From an uncultured SAR86 cluster bacterium (GTDB taxonomy: Bacteria > Pseudomonadota > Gammaproteobacteria > Magnimaribacterales > D2472): 64,000 bases of DNA. How positions within the stretch are numbered: position 1 is the first letter of the stretch; each line of letters begins with the position of its first letter. Location: assembly GCA_902551185.1 (NCBI GenBank), contig CACDCN010000002.1, positions 22,616-86,615 of the forward strand. Reading direction: 5' to 3'. The notes below the pieces were generated by a model, which was not told the origin of the DNA, ran no database searches, and saw nothing but the letters and a program-made list of their open reading frames with translations. Shown in pieces: positions 27,411 through 37,891 of the stretch. Made by a program: the position numbers and the translations under genes.

Positions 27411-27872
27411 TTAAACAATAAACATGCTGAGAGTCTCAGCAACAAATGCTGGTTTCTCGATGCCTTTAATCTCCATAGTAACTTCAAATTTTGCTAAATA
27501 TTGGCCAGGATTTTTTTCATTAATATCCATGCACTTCATTATAATTCTTACTTCAGAGTTAACTGGTACTGGGCTTAAAAACCTTACCTTATCTAACCCA
27601 TAATTGAGGCCCATTTTAGTTCCCTCAAGAACCATACCGATTTCTTGTTCGAAGGGTATTCCCGCAACCAAAGATAGAGATAAAAATCCATGCGCAATAG
27701 TAGAGCCAAATACTGGTGTTGCCTGCTCAGGATCAACATGAATAAATTGATGATCCATTGTTGCATCTGCAAATTTATCTATCCGCTCTTGATCAATAAC
27801 AACCCAATCTGATATACCTACTTCATTTCCTATTACTGAATCAATTTCTGATGTTTTTACAACTTTAAGCAT
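27411..27872 (-). CDS. MaoC-like (R)-specific enoyl-CoA hydratase/dehydratase
   Basis: Hot-dog fold motifs (DHQFIHVDPEQA...TIAHGFLSLSL). I prefer the start MLKVVK at 27872, immediately after the upstream stop. The ORF-track start at 27944 overlaps the ligase gene. Confidence 0.85.
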   Translation of the reverse strand: MLKVVKTSEIDSVIGNEVGISDWVVIDQERIDKFADATMDHQFIHVDPEQATPVFGSTIAHGFLSLSLVAGIPFEQEIGMVLEGTKMGLNYGLDKVRFLSPVPVNSEVRIIMKCMDINEKNPGQYLAKFEVTMEIKGIEKPAFVAETLSMFIV

Positions 27873-27873
27873 A

Positions 27874-29490
27874 TTATTTCTCCATATAATAATTATTATA
27901 TTCTTCCCTAAGTTCAAACTTTTGAAGTTTGCCTGTTGCTCCATGCGGGAGCTCTTTTAAGAAAATAATCTCATCAGGTAACCACCACTTAGCGACTTTG
28001 TCACTTAGAAAGTCAATAATGCTTTGCTTTTCAATATCTTCTCCTGAATTAGTAACAATAAATAACATCGGTCTTTCGTCCCATTTGGGATGAGGAATTC
28101 CAACTACACATGCTTCAGCAACTTCTGGGTGCCCAAAAGCTGCATTCTCTAGATCAATTGAACTAATCCACTCACCACCAGATTTGATTACATCTTTAGC
28201 TCTATCTTTTATGGTCATGTATCCATCTTCATCTAATACAGAAATATCTCCAGTATCAAACCACCCTTCTGCATCGACTGCATCCTTTTCAGCTTTAAAA
28301 TATTTCTGAAGAATCCATGGTCCCCTAACCAATAGATGACCTTGTGATTCACCATCATGAGGAAGATCATTTCCGGCATCATCAACAACTTTTAATTCAA
28401 CGCCATAAATTGGTCTACCCTGCTTAAGCTGTATTGCATATTTTTCTTCTTTACTCATACTTTCCATTTCTGGAGTTGGAATATTTGTAGTGCCCATAGG
28501 ACTCATCTCAGTCATCCCCCATGCATGAATTACATTTACATCATGTACCTCATCAAATTCTTGTAGTGTTGCTAGGGATAAAGCTGATCCTCCAATAATA
28601 GTATTTTTAACTGAACTTAAAATTTTATTATTTTCTCTGCAATAAGCTAAAAGACCCATCCATATAGTTGGAACTCCAAATGCTAATGTAATATCCTCTT
28701 GTTCAATAAGTTCGTATAAAGGCTCTCCTTCCATTTGCATTCCTGGCATAACTAATTTTAGACCTAGCATAGGTCCAAAATAAGGAATACCCCATGCTAA
28801 AACATGAAATAACGGAACAACCATCAGGATAGAGTCATCAGGGCTTATGGTCATTGCTGTTAAAGCAGCTTGGGCATGAATAACATTTGATTTATGGCTA
28901 TATAAAACGCCCTTTGGATTCCCGGTAGTTCCAGATGTATAACAAAGGCCGCATGCTGCATCATCTTTTAAAGTTGGCCAAATGTAATTTTCATCTCCAC
29001 CCTCAATATATTCTTCATAAGAAATAGCATTCTTTAAAGAAGTTTCAGGTAATTCATTTTTTTCACATAAAACAATATATTTTTCTACAGTTTTTACTTG
29101 ATCTTTTATTGCTTCAAGAATTGGAACAAAGGGAGTTTCTACAAAAATTATTTTATCTTCAGCATGATTAATTATATAAACCGCTTGTTCTGGATGAAGT
29201 CTAAAATTTAGAGTATGTGTGATAGCCCCCATTCCAGATATACCATAATACATCTCTAGGTGCCGATATGTATTTAAAGCTAACGTAGCTAATACATCTC
29301 CCTCTTTGTAACCATCTTTTTCTAAAGCTGATGCAAGCTTTCTAGATCTTATACATACTTCCTCATAATTTGATCTATGGATTTCACCCGAAACTAATCT
29401 ACTTATAATTTCTGTTTTAGGATGAACTTTTTTAGCATGCTCAATTATTCCAGCAACATTAGGTGTCCACTTCTGCATATCTCCAATCAT
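27874..29490 (-). CDS. AMP-dependent acyl-CoA synthetase/ligase (fatty-acid-CoA ligase family)
   Basis: AMP-binding motif [12 protein letters not shown], plus later GWFDTGD and [13 protein letters not shown]. Confidence 0.9.
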   Translation of the reverse strand: MIGDMQKWTPNVAGIIEHAKKVHPKTEIISRLVSGEIHRSNYEEVCIRSRKLASALEKDGYKEGDVLATLALNTYRHLEMYYGISGMGAITHTLNFRLHPEQAVYIINHAEDKIIFVETPFVPILEAIKDQVKTVEKYIVLCEKNELPETSLKNAISYEEYIEGGDENYIWPTLKDDAACGLCYTSGTTGNPKGVLYSHKSNVIHAQAALTAMTISPDDSILMVVPLFHVLAWGIPYFGPMLGLKLVMPGMQMEGEPLYELIEQEDITLAFGVPTIWMGLLAYCRENNKILSSVKNTIIGGSALSLATLQEFDEVHDVNVIHAWGMTEMSPMGTTNIPTPEMESMSKEEKYAIQLKQGRPIYGVELKVVDDAGNDLPHDGESQGHLLVRGPWILQKYFKAEKDAVDAEGWFDTGDISVLDEDGYMTIKDRAKDVIKSGGEWISSIDLENAAFGHPEVAEACVVGIPHPKWDERPMLFIVTNSGEDIEKQSIIDFLSDKVAKWWLPDEIIFLKELPHGATGKLQKFELREEYNNYYMEK

Positions 29491-29557
29491 TTCAATTGCT
29501 CCCTTATCTTGTTTGTATTAAATTATATAAGAAGCAACATTATTTGATAACAAAATT

Positions 29558-30223
29558 ATGAATATAAAAGAAGGTATTGAAAAAAGATTTTCGGTTAGAG
29601 CATTTACCGATGAAGTTCCGAGCATGGATATTATTAAAGAAATTCTTATTACAGCAAATTCTGCACCCTCTGGAGGCAACATTCAGCCATGGAAGGTATA
29701 TGTCTTAAATGAGGAAACTAAAAAGGCTCTAGCAGAAAAGACATTACATAATTTTGATAATGGTGTTCAAGAAGAGATTGAATACGACATTTATCCCAAA
29801 CCCTTATCAGATGAATATAAAAAAAGAAGATATGAATGTGGAGCTGATATGTATAAAGCACTTTCTATTGAAAAAGATGATCTAGATTCTAGATTTAAAC
29901 AAATTAGAGAAAACTATAACTTTTTTGGAGCTCCGCTTGGCATGATCATAACCATTGATAGATCTTTTGGAAATAACGGTTGGGGTCATGTGGGAATGTT
30001 CTTAGAAAATCTATGGCTTAGTGCTATTCATAATGGTTTAGGTTTATGTCTGCAAGAATCATGGTCGATTTATCCTAAAACTGTGAAAGAAGTTACAAAT
30101 CATCCCGATAATGAAATAGTTTGGTGTGGTGTAGCAATTGGTTATGAAGATAAAGATGATCCAATAAATAACTATAGAACAAGAAGAGAAGAACTAGATT
30201 CATTCGTAAAATTCATTAAATAA
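29558..30223 (+). CDS. Nitroreductase-family oxidoreductase
   Basis: RFSVRAFTDE...ANSAPSGGNIQPW shows the typical nitroreductase N-terminus. Confidence 0.85.
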   Translation: MNIKEGIEKRFSVRAFTDEVPSMDIIKEILITANSAPSGGNIQPWKVYVLNEETKKALAEKTLHNFDNGVQEEIEYDIYPKPLSDEYKKRRYECGADMYKALSIEKDDLDSRFKQIRENYNFFGAPLGMIITIDRSFGNNGWGHVGMFLENLWLSAIHNGLGLCLQESWSIYPKTVKEVTNHPDNEIVWCGVAIGYEDKDDPINNYRTRREELDSFVKFIK

Positions 30224-30230
30224 GTCTTTA

Positions 30231-31664
30231 GTGTCTAATTCTATTAATTTTGAAAACTCCTATGCAAAAGAGCTAAATGAAATATGTGAAAAATGTATGC
30301 CTGCTGGTTTCTTAAAACCTGAATTTCTTATAAAAAACTATAGGCTTGCTGAAGAGCTAGGAATTGATAACAATTTTATTGACTCCAAAGAATGTTTAAG
30401 TATTTTCTCTGGGATGAGTCTTCCAAAGAGCTCGATACCAATAGCACAAGCTTATTCAGGTCACCAATTTGGGCATTTTAATCTTCAACTAGGTGATGGT
30501 AGAGCAATACTCCTAGGAGAAGTTCAAAATATGGATATTCAACTAAAAGGCATTGGCCAAACTCCCTTTTCTAGAAGAGGAGATGGTAAATCTGCTCTTG
30601 GACCTGTGTTAAGAGAATATGTTGTTAGTGAATTTATGCATTCAATTAATATTCCTACAACAAGAGCTCTTTTTGCTCTTAAAACTAATGAAACTATTTT
30701 TCGTGAAACAGAACAACCTGGTGGAGTTCTTACTCGTGTTGCAAAAAGCCATATAAGAATTGGGACATTTGAATATGCGAGGAGTAAAAATATAGAAACC
30801 CTAAAATCATTGACTGACTATTCGATTAATAGACATTACCCAGAATTAAATCAAACAGATAATAAATACCTAAGCTTCTTTGCTGCTGTCTGTGATAAAC
30901 AAGCTTGCCTGATCTCTAAATGGATGAGTGTTGGCTTTATTCATGGCGTGATGAATACAGATAATATGACCATTTCAGGAGAAACAATAGATTATGGTCC
31001 ATGTGCATTTATGGATAAATATGATCCAAAGACTGTTTTTAGTTCTATAGATCATAATGGGAGGTATGCATACCTAAATCAACCTGCCATTCTTGTTTGG
31101 AATCTTACAAAATTAGCTGAAACTTTAATTCCTTTAATAGATGAAAATAAGGAAAAATCAGTAAAGCAATTAAGTGAAGTTTTGCAATTAGTAATGCCCT
31201 CATATCAAGAATATTTCTATAAAGAATTTTGTGAGAAGTTAGGTCTTAATAATATTGATGATAAGAATATAAAAATAATTGATAAGTATTTAAAAATATT
31301 ACATTCTGAATCAATAGACTTTACTTTGTCATTTAGAAATCTTGCAAAAATTGTTAATAAATCAATGAAGGTGGAAGATTCTGTCTTTAGAGAATCTAAA
31401 ATTTTTGAAAAATGGTATAAAACTTGGAAAAAAGAAATTAATGTTGAAAATATATTTCAAGAAATGAATCTAAAAAATCCCTGCTGCATTCCAAGAAATC
31501 ATCTAATCGAAGATGCACTAAAACATGCTGTTAATGGAGATATGGCAGAAATTAATTTAATGACTAAATTATTACAGGAACCCTTTATAGAAAAAGATAA
31601 TTATGAAAAATATATGATGCCCTCAACCTCAGATGAACGATATGTTACCTATTGCGGAACATAA
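30231..31664 (+). CDS. selO: Protein adenylyltransferase SelO (YdiU, UPF0061)
   Basis: AQAYSGHQFGHF...LGDGRA...SRRGDGKSALGPVLREY...HGVMNTDNMTISGETIDYGP. GTG start. Confidence 0.9.
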   Translation: MSNSINFENSYAKELNEICEKCMPAGFLKPEFLIKNYRLAEELGIDNNFIDSKECLSIFSGMSLPKSSIPIAQAYSGHQFGHFNLQLGDGRAILLGEVQNMDIQLKGIGQTPFSRRGDGKSALGPVLREYVVSEFMHSINIPTTRALFALKTNETIFRETEQPGGVLTRVAKSHIRIGTFEYARSKNIETLKSLTDYSINRHYPELNQTDNKYLSFFAAVCDKQACLISKWMSVGFIHGVMNTDNMTISGETIDYGPCAFMDKYDPKTVFSSIDHNGRYAYLNQPAILVWNLTKLAETLIPLIDENKEKSVKQLSEVLQLVMPSYQEYFYKEFCEKLGLNNIDDKNIKIIDKYLKILHSESIDFTLSFRNLAKIVNKSMKVEDSVFRESKIFEKWYKTWKKEINVENIFQEMNLKNPCCIPRNHLIEDALKHAVNGDMAEINLMTKLLQEPFIEKDNYEKYMMPSTSDERYVTYCGT

Positions 31665-31692
31665 AAAGGTTATATTGAAAAGACTAAATAAA

Positions 31693-32505
31693 TTATTCAA
31701 AAGTTCCTAAAGTAATTCTAGGAAGCTCCTGAAAGTCTTTTAAATTAATAATATCTATAAAATGATTACTTTTAAAAATATTTTCTACTTCTTCTTGTTG
31801 TTGATATCCATGTTCTAGCATCAGCATACCTCCACTCTTCAGAACTTCAGTTGACTGTTCAACAATTAATTTTATATCTCCGAGACCATTATCATTTGCA
31901 ACTAAAGCCTGGTTGGGCTCATGTTTTAAATTTTCTAAGTGAGAGTCTTGATCTGCGATGTAAGGAGGATTGGTTACTATTAAATCAAAATATGCTTTTT
32001 TAAAGGATGAGAGCCAATCTGCATGAACAAGAGAAAAATTATCTACATTAAGATTATTCTTGTTAATTAAAGCAACATTTAATGCGTCCTCTGAGTAATC
32101 TGAGCCATAAACTTGGAAACTTGGATTCTTTAGAGCTATTGAGATGCCAATACATCCAGAGCCTGTACCAGCATCTAATACTTTCATTGAAGGTGAAGAA
32201 TGATTATTTACATAATCAACTAAGATTTCTGTTTCAGGCCTTGGAATCAAAACCCTAGAATCTACATAGAAATCTTTTTCATAAAATTTGGTTGAATTAA
32301 GAATATAGTCTAAGGGTACTCCCTCTTTCTTCTTGTCGATAAATTCTTTAATTAAGTTTTGTTCTTCTTTGTTCAGCTCTCTATCTTTATCAACATAAAT
32401 ATCTTTATCACTAAAAAGTAATTTTTCTTTTAAATAAAAAATAAATTCATCTTTAATAGCATCGCTATTAAGCTCTTCCTGATAATAACTTAGCTTGTTA
32501 CTCAA
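31693..32505 (-). CDS. prmC: Release-factor glutamine N5-methyltransferase PrmC (HemK)
   Basis: SAM motif LDAGTGSGCIG and catalytic NPPY (VTNPPYI). It lies directly downstream of prfA. Confidence 0.92.
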   Translation of the reverse strand: MSNKLSYYQEELNSDAIKDEFIFYLKEKLLFSDKDIYVDKDRELNKEEQNLIKEFIDKKKEGVPLDYILNSTKFYEKDFYVDSRVLIPRPETEILVDYVNNHSSPSMKVLDAGTGSGCIGISIALKNPSFQVYGSDYSEDALNVALINKNNLNVDNFSLVHADWLSSFKKAYFDLIVTNPPYIADQDSHLENLKHEPNQALVANDNGLGDIKLIVEQSTEVLKSGGMLMLEHGYQQQEEVENIFKSNHFIDIINLKDFQELPRITLGTFE

Positions 32506-33597
32506 TTATTCTGATTCGAGCTGTGAAAGCATGGCTAGTTGATTCTCTGCTAATAATGCATCGCATATAGTTTTTATGTCGCCATCCATAATTTGGTCCA
32601 AATTATGTTGTGTAAGTTTAATTCTATGATCAGTCATTCTACCTTGAGGAAAATTATAAGTCCTTATTTTCTCGCTTCTATCTCCAGTTCCAACCATAAT
32701 CTTTCTTTCGCTAGCAATGCTTTCTTGTTGATTATCAATTTCTTGCTGTTTAAGCTTTGCTGCTAAAAGCGACAATGCTTTTTCTTTATTTTTGTGCTGA
32801 GATCTGCCATCCTGACACTCAACCACAAGACCAGATGGAATATGGGTTAAACGTACTGCAGAATCTGTCTTATTTACATGCTGACCACCCGCTCCAGAGG
32901 CTCTAAATGTATCAATTCTAAGATCATTCTTATCTATATTAATATCTTGTACTTCTTGTACTTCTGGTAGGATTGCAACAGTGCATGTTGATGTATGTAT
33001 TCTTCCTTGCGATTCAGTCTCAGGCACTCTTTGCACTCTATGAACACCTGACTCAAACTTTAAAACTTTAAAAACACTCTCACCAACAAGCTTTGCTACT
33101 ACCTCTTTCAAGCCACCCTGTTCTGACTGTTTTATATCTATGACCTCTAAATTCCAACCCTCTCTCTCAGAAAGCCTTGAATACATTCTAAAAAGATCTC
33201 CTGCAAAGATTCCAGCCTCATCACCGCCAGCCCCAGCTCTTATTTCTAAATAAGCTGATCCATCGTCAGCTGAATCTTTAGGCAATAGCATTAATTTAAG
33301 TTCTTGTTCTAATAATTCAGGTTTCCCCAAAGATTTCTTTAATTCTTCTTCTGCTAATTGTCTTAAATCTTCGTCATCAGAATTAATTATTTCATTAGCA
33401 TCATTTATGCTTATTATTGTCTGATTGTATTCCTCAAATTTTTCAACAATTGGCTTAAGATCTGCAAATTCTTTATTTAATAAAGTATATTTATTAATAT
33501 CCTTTGTTGTTTCAGGATCAAGTAGAAGTGTTTCAATTTCTTTAATCCTTTCTTTGAGTTGATCGAGTTTTTTCAGCATTGAATCATGCATTATCAA
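32506..33597 (-). CDS. prfA: Peptide chain release factor 1
   Basis: PET tripeptide context (RVPETESQGR) and SGAGGQHVNKT (GGQ). The true start may be the Met at 33579 (MLKKLDQL...), which would remove the 14-nt overlap with hemA. Confidence 0.96.
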   Translation of the reverse strand: MIMHDSMLKKLDQLKERIKEIETLLLDPETTKDINKYTLLNKEFADLKPIVEKFEEYNQTIISINDANEIINSDDEDLRQLAEEELKKSLGKPELLEQELKLMLLPKDSADDGSAYLEIRAGAGGDEAGIFAGDLFRMYSRLSEREGWNLEVIDIKQSEQGGLKEVVAKLVGESVFKVLKFESGVHRVQRVPETESQGRIHTSTCTVAILPEVQEVQDINIDKNDLRIDTFRASGAGGQHVNKTDSAVRLTHIPSGLVVECQDGRSQHKNKEKALSLLAAKLKQQEIDNQQESIASERKIMVGTGDRSEKIRTYNFPQGRMTDHRIKLTQHNLDQIMDGDIKTICDALLAENQLAMLSQLESE

Positions 33598-34816
33598 AAA
33601 ACCTTTTTATCATTGATTCAATTATATGATTATCAATATTCTTTATTTCTTTAAAATTATTAAATTCAGGATTTTCTATATTCATTTCTTTAATTGATTT
33701 TGCCAATAGAGCATAATCTTTTGAAAACTTAAATTGCTCTATTTCTTTTAAAGATAAACCGTTTAAGAATTCTTCTAGCTGAATATTAATTTTATCTTTA
33801 AAGGTTTTAAGAGAGAGTGAATCTAATACTCTTTGGGATTCTAGAACAATTAAATTCATTGCTTTTTCAGCTTCTATAGAGCGCTGCCCATAATTTTCTT
33901 GAGTTATTTTCTCAATATCATCGATAGTAAATAAATATGCTTGTTCAATATTCCTTATCTCTTCTTCAATATTTCTTGGAACACCCAAATCTATTAATAG
34001 AATTGGTTTGTTTTGCCTTTTTTTTAGAGCATTTTCAATTGCCCCTTTCCCTATAAGAGGCATATCAGTCTCAGCTGAAGCAATTACAATGTCTGCAATT
34101 TCTAAAGCGTCATGCAGGCTATCAAATGAAGATGAAATAATTTCATAATTATCTAATAGTTTAATTTTCTTAATACTTCTATTTACTAAATTAATTTTAT
34201 TTATTCCATTCTTGTATAAATTATTAATAAGGCTTGTAGCTAAAGAACCTGCCCCAACAACTAAGACATTTTGATTCTGTGGTTTTTCAAAAATATTTCT
34301 TACAAGCTTAAGCGCCAATCCGCTAACAGATAAAGAATTGAGCCCAATATTTGTTCTTGTTCTAGCTTTCTTTGCAATCTCAATAACTTTATTACTAAGA
34401 TTTAGTAACTTAGCATTAATAATCTCTAGCCCCTGTGCGGTCTTGACTGCTTTTTTGAATTGTCCAAAAATTTCTTGTTCTCCAAGAACTTGAGAGTCAA
34501 TACCAGATGCCACTTTACACATATGCACCAAAGCATCATGACCATCAAGAAAATAAAAACTATCTTTTGGTATATCATCTAATTTTAAAATCTTTGAAAC
34601 TTCATTGAAAATTTTCTCAGAGATTCCTGCTTTTCCTAAAATATAAAGTTCTGTTCTATTACATGTGGATATCCCAAAAAATGATTCAAAGTCATTCTTG
34701 TAATTTTTTTTTAAATTATTATCTAATAAAACTAGATTAGAGTGATTTATAATAAATTTTTCTCTTTCGGAGACATTGGATGTTTTATGATTTATACCAA
34801 ATAACTGTAATTCCAT
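33584..34816 (-). CDS. hemA: Glutamyl-tRNA reductase
   Basis: MELQLFGINHKTSNVSEREKF...STCNRTELY...VVGAGSLA. Confidence 0.95.
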   Translation of the reverse strand: MELQLFGINHKTSNVSEREKFIINHSNLVLLDNNLKKNYKNDFESFFGISTCNRTELYILGKAGISEKIFNEVSKILKLDDIPKDSFYFLDGHDALVHMCKVASGIDSQVLGEQEIFGQFKKAVKTAQGLEIINAKLLNLSNKVIEIAKKARTRTNIGLNSLSVSGLALKLVRNIFEKPQNQNVLVVGAGSLATSLINNLYKNGINKINLVNRSIKKIKLLDNYEIISSSFDSLHDALEIADIVIASAETDMPLIGKGAIENALKKRQNKPILLIDLGVPRNIEEEIRNIEQAYLFTIDDIEKITQENYGQRSIEAEKAMNLIVLESQRVLDSLSLKTFKDKINIQLEEFLNGLSLKEIEQFKFSKDYALLAKSIKEMNIENPEFNNFKEIKNIDNHIIESMIKRFFDNA

Positions 34817-35276
34817 GATAAAAAATATTTTTTATGTCTTTATTCTAAGTGTCTTAATTTCGTGTGCAAGTTTAAATCCAATCGATAACAAGTCAATTAA
34901 CTATCTAGGCAAATTATTAATCTATAAAGACAATAATTCTACTTCTTTTAATGTTGATATTAATCTTTCTAAAAATGAGTCTATTATACAGATTAAGAAA
35001 CCATTTTATGGAAATGTTATAAATATTAGAACTTTTCGCTCAAAAGATATATTTTTTGGGCCATTAAGTGATATGAAGCCATTTAAAGTACCTGATTTAG
35101 TGAACGCTAAATTCCATTATTGGTTAACGCAATGTCTTTTATCTCAGAACTTAAATATTTTAAATAATGAAGAAGATGTTGAATACGAATTCATTTGCAG
35201 TAAAGAAAAGAATAAGACATTTTATAGTATTAAATATCAAGAATATAATCTAGAAGGATATGTTATTAAGAAATGA
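34815..35276 (+). CDS. lolB: Outer-membrane lipoprotein LolB (short)
   Basis: Lipoprotein signal MIKNIFYVFILSVLISC. It has the conserved position divergent from hemA and upstream of ispE. Confidence 0.7.
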   Translation: MIKNIFYVFILSVLISCASLNPIDNKSINYLGKLLIYKDNNSTSFNVDINLSKNESIIQIKKPFYGNVINIRTFRSKDIFFGPLSDMKPFKVPDLVNAKFHYWLTQCLLSQNLNILNNEEDVEYEFICSKEKNKTFYSIKYQEYNLEGYVIKK

Positions 35277-36088
35277 TAGAAATAGATACTAAATCTCCAG
35301 CTAAAATAAATCTTTATTTAAGAATTTTAAACAAAAGAAATGATGGATATCATAATATCGAGACATCTTTTCAATATATTGATTTGTATGATTTTTTAAA
35401 TTTTAAAGAATCAAAACATGATATATCAATAGACTCAGATAGCCCTGTCTTTAAAAATACTAACAATACGGTCTTTCAGGCTGCAAGCAAAATGAAAGAA
35501 TATTCAAATAATTCTTTAGGAGTAAGTATAAAAATAGAAAAAAAAATACCGATTGGATCAGGTTTGGGTGGAGCGAGTTCAAATGCCGCATCAACAATTT
35601 TAGCTTTAAATAAATTATGGGGCCTTAATTTAAGTGATGAAGAGCTGTTCAATATTGGGAAAGAGATTGGTGCAGATGTTCCCTTTTTTATATTTGGTAA
35701 AAATGCATTGGGAGAAGGAATTGGAGATATATTAAAAAATACAGAATCAATTGAAAATAATATATTTATAATTGACCCAAAAATTCATAATTCATCCAAA
35801 GAAATGTTTACCTTATATGATTCATGGATAAAAAATAATAAAGATGCAAATGATTATTCACAGAATTCTTTTTGGAATATCTTTATTAAAGAAAATCATA
35901 TAATTCAAAAATTTTATGATGAAAATATTAATAACTATAAATTAAAGCTTAGCGGTAGCGGATCTTGTATGTATGTAGAATATAAAGAAAGGCAAGAAAT
36001 TGATCAAATACTTAAAAAAATACCAAGTAATTGGAGATTCTTTTTCTGTAAACCATTACAATATTCGCCGATATGTTATATCAAGTAA
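35273..36088 (+). CDS. ispE: 4-diphosphocytidyl-2-C-methyl-D-erythritol kinase
   Basis: SPAKINLYLRI...GYH and the GHMP motif PIGSGLGGASSNAA. Confidence 0.93.
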   Translation: MIEIDTKSPAKINLYLRILNKRNDGYHNIETSFQYIDLYDFLNFKESKHDISIDSDSPVFKNTNNTVFQAASKMKEYSNNSLGVSIKIEKKIPIGSGLGGASSNAASTILALNKLWGLNLSDEELFNIGKEIGADVPFFIFGKNALGEGIGDILKNTESIENNIFIIDPKIHNSSKEMFTLYDSWIKNNKDANDYSQNSFWNIFIKENHIIQKFYDENINNYKLKLSGSGSCMYVEYKERQEIDQILKKIPSNWRFFFCKPLQYSPICYIK

Positions 36089-36091
36089 CTT

Positions 36092-36166
36092 TGGGGTGTG
36101 GCCAAGCGGTAAGGCAACGGGTTTTGATCCCGTCATGCGTAGGTTCGAATCCTACCACCCCAGCCA
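36092..36166 (+). tRNA. tRNA-Gln (anticodon UUG)
   Basis: 75 nt. Acceptor TGGGGTG/CACCCCA-G-CCA, anticodon loop TTTTGAT, T-loop GGTTCGAATCC. It is close to E. coli tRNA-Gln and lies between ispE and prs, as in Pseudomonas. Confidence 0.95.
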
Positions 36167-36193
36167 TGATTTATAATATATTAAGGGGTAATT

Positions 36194-37147
36194 ATGAGTA
36201 ATAGTAACTTTGATATCTTTACAGGATCAGCTAATCCTGAATTGGCTACTGAAGTTTCAAAAATTCTTGGTATTGATATTTCTCATGCTGATATCGGACA
36301 ATTTTCTGACGGTGAAATAAAAGTTCAAATTGAAGATAATGTAAGAGGTCATGATACATTTATAATTCAATCAACTTGTGCGCCAACAAATAAAAATGTA
36401 ATGGAAATTATGCTAATTGCTGATGCTCTAAAAAGATCATCAGCATCTAAAGTTACTGCTATCGTTCCCTATTACGGCTATGCAAGACAAGATAGAAGAG
36501 TAAGGTCAGCAAGGGTACCTATAAGTGCTAAAGTTGTTGCAGATATGTTTGCTTCGGTCGGTATTGATAGAGTGCTAACAATCGACCTTCATTCAGAAAC
36601 TATTCAAGGTTTCTTTGATATGCCTGCTGATAATGTGTATGCAACAAAATTAATGGTTGATCACATTAAAGATAATAATGAAAGAAAAGAAGTCGTAGTT
36701 GTTTCCCCAGATGTTGGCGGAGTAGTAAGATCAAGAGCCTTGGCAAAACTATTAGATGATACAGATTTGGCGATTATTGATAAAAGAAGGGCTATTGCTA
36801 ACCAATCAGAAGTAATGAATATCATTGGTGATATTGATGGGAAAGTTTGCATTGTTCCAGATGATCTTATTGATACTGCTGGAACATTATGTAACGCAGC
36901 AGATGCATTAAAAGAAAAAGGCGCTAAGGCTGTTAAGGCATATATAACCCATCCAGTGCTGTCAGGTCCTGCTATTGAAAGACTAAACAATTCATCAATT
37001 GATGAATTAGTAGTAACTAATTCAATTCCTTTGAACAAAGAAGCTCAAAAATGCAGTAAAATACGCGTCATTTCACTAGCATCAACAATAGCTGAGTGTA
37101 TAAAACGATTAAGTAATGAAGAATCGCTAAGTGAAATGTTTTTATAG
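36194..37147 (+). CDS. prs: Ribose-phosphate pyrophosphokinase
   Basis: [10 protein letters not shown]...DLHS...and the PRPP-binding loop [19 protein letters not shown] upstream. Confidence 0.97.
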   Translation: MSNSNFDIFTGSANPELATEVSKILGIDISHADIGQFSDGEIKVQIEDNVRGHDTFIIQSTCAPTNKNVMEIMLIADALKRSSASKVTAIVPYYGYARQDRRVRSARVPISAKVVADMFASVGIDRVLTIDLHSETIQGFFDMPADNVYATKLMVDHIKDNNERKEVVVVSPDVGGVVRSRALAKLLDDTDLAIIDKRRAIANQSEVMNIIGDIDGKVCIVPDDLIDTAGTLCNAADALKEKGAKAVKAYITHPVLSGPAIERLNNSSIDELVVTNSIPLNKEAQKCSKIRVISLASTIAECIKRLSNEESLSEMFL

Positions 37148-37155
37148 AGAGAATT

Positions 37156-37887
37156 ATGACAGATCAAATAATACTAAATGCAGACTTAAGAGAAAGAACT
37201 GGGTCAAATAAAGCCCGGGTAATAAGAAATATTGATGGTATGATTCCAGCAATAGTCTATGGCGATGAAAAAGAAACTCTTAATATTAAACTTAAATTAA
37301 ATGAGCTAACCAAAGCATCAGAAAATGAGCTTTTTTATACCCAAGTTCTTTTAATTAAAACTGGTGATAATGAAGAAAAGGTTGTGTTAAAAGAATTGCA
37401 AAAAGATCCAGCAAAAGGAAAATTTCTTCATGCTGATTTTCAAAGAGTTTCAAGCAAAACAAAACTTAAAGTTGTTATACCTGTTAATTTTATAAACGAA
37501 GATGAGTGCATAGGTGTAAGAGAGGATGGTGGTGTTGTAGCTAAGGCTATCAGAGAGATAGAAATTATGTGCCTGGCAGGAAATATTCCAGAATCAATTG
37601 ATATTGATATTGAGACTCTTCATCTAGGAGATTCTATAAGATTAACAGAGATTTCCCTACCAGAAGGTTCTGAAATTCCAGGATTAACTGAAGAAACAGA
37701 CCAAATGATTGTATCTATAAATGAGCCAAGAGCAATTGAGGAAGATCCAGTTATTGAAGAAACAGATCTAGAAGATGGTGAAATCACTGAAGGTGAAGAA
37801 ACTGCTCCAGATTCGAGCGAAAGCGAAGGAGAAGATGCTAAACCTACTGAAGAAGAAACCAAAGAAGATAACTCAGAAGAAAGTTAA
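37156..37887 (+). CDS. rplY: 50S ribosomal protein L25, long Ctc form with an acidic C-terminal tail
   Basis: The N-terminal L25 domain (RERTGSNKARVIRNIDGMIPAIVYG) and the Ctc C-domain are followed by about 50 aa of E/D/T/S-rich sequence. Confidence 0.9.
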   Translation: MTDQIILNADLRERTGSNKARVIRNIDGMIPAIVYGDEKETLNIKLKLNELTKASENELFYTQVLLIKTGDNEEKVVLKELQKDPAKGKFLHADFQRVSSKTKLKVVIPVNFINEDECIGVREDGGVVAKAIREIEIMCLAGNIPESIDIDIETLHLGDSIRLTEISLPEGSEIPGLTEETDQMIVSINEPRAIEEDPVIEETDLEDGEITEGEETAPDSSESEGEDAKPTEEETKEDNSEES

Positions 37888-37891
37888 TAAA

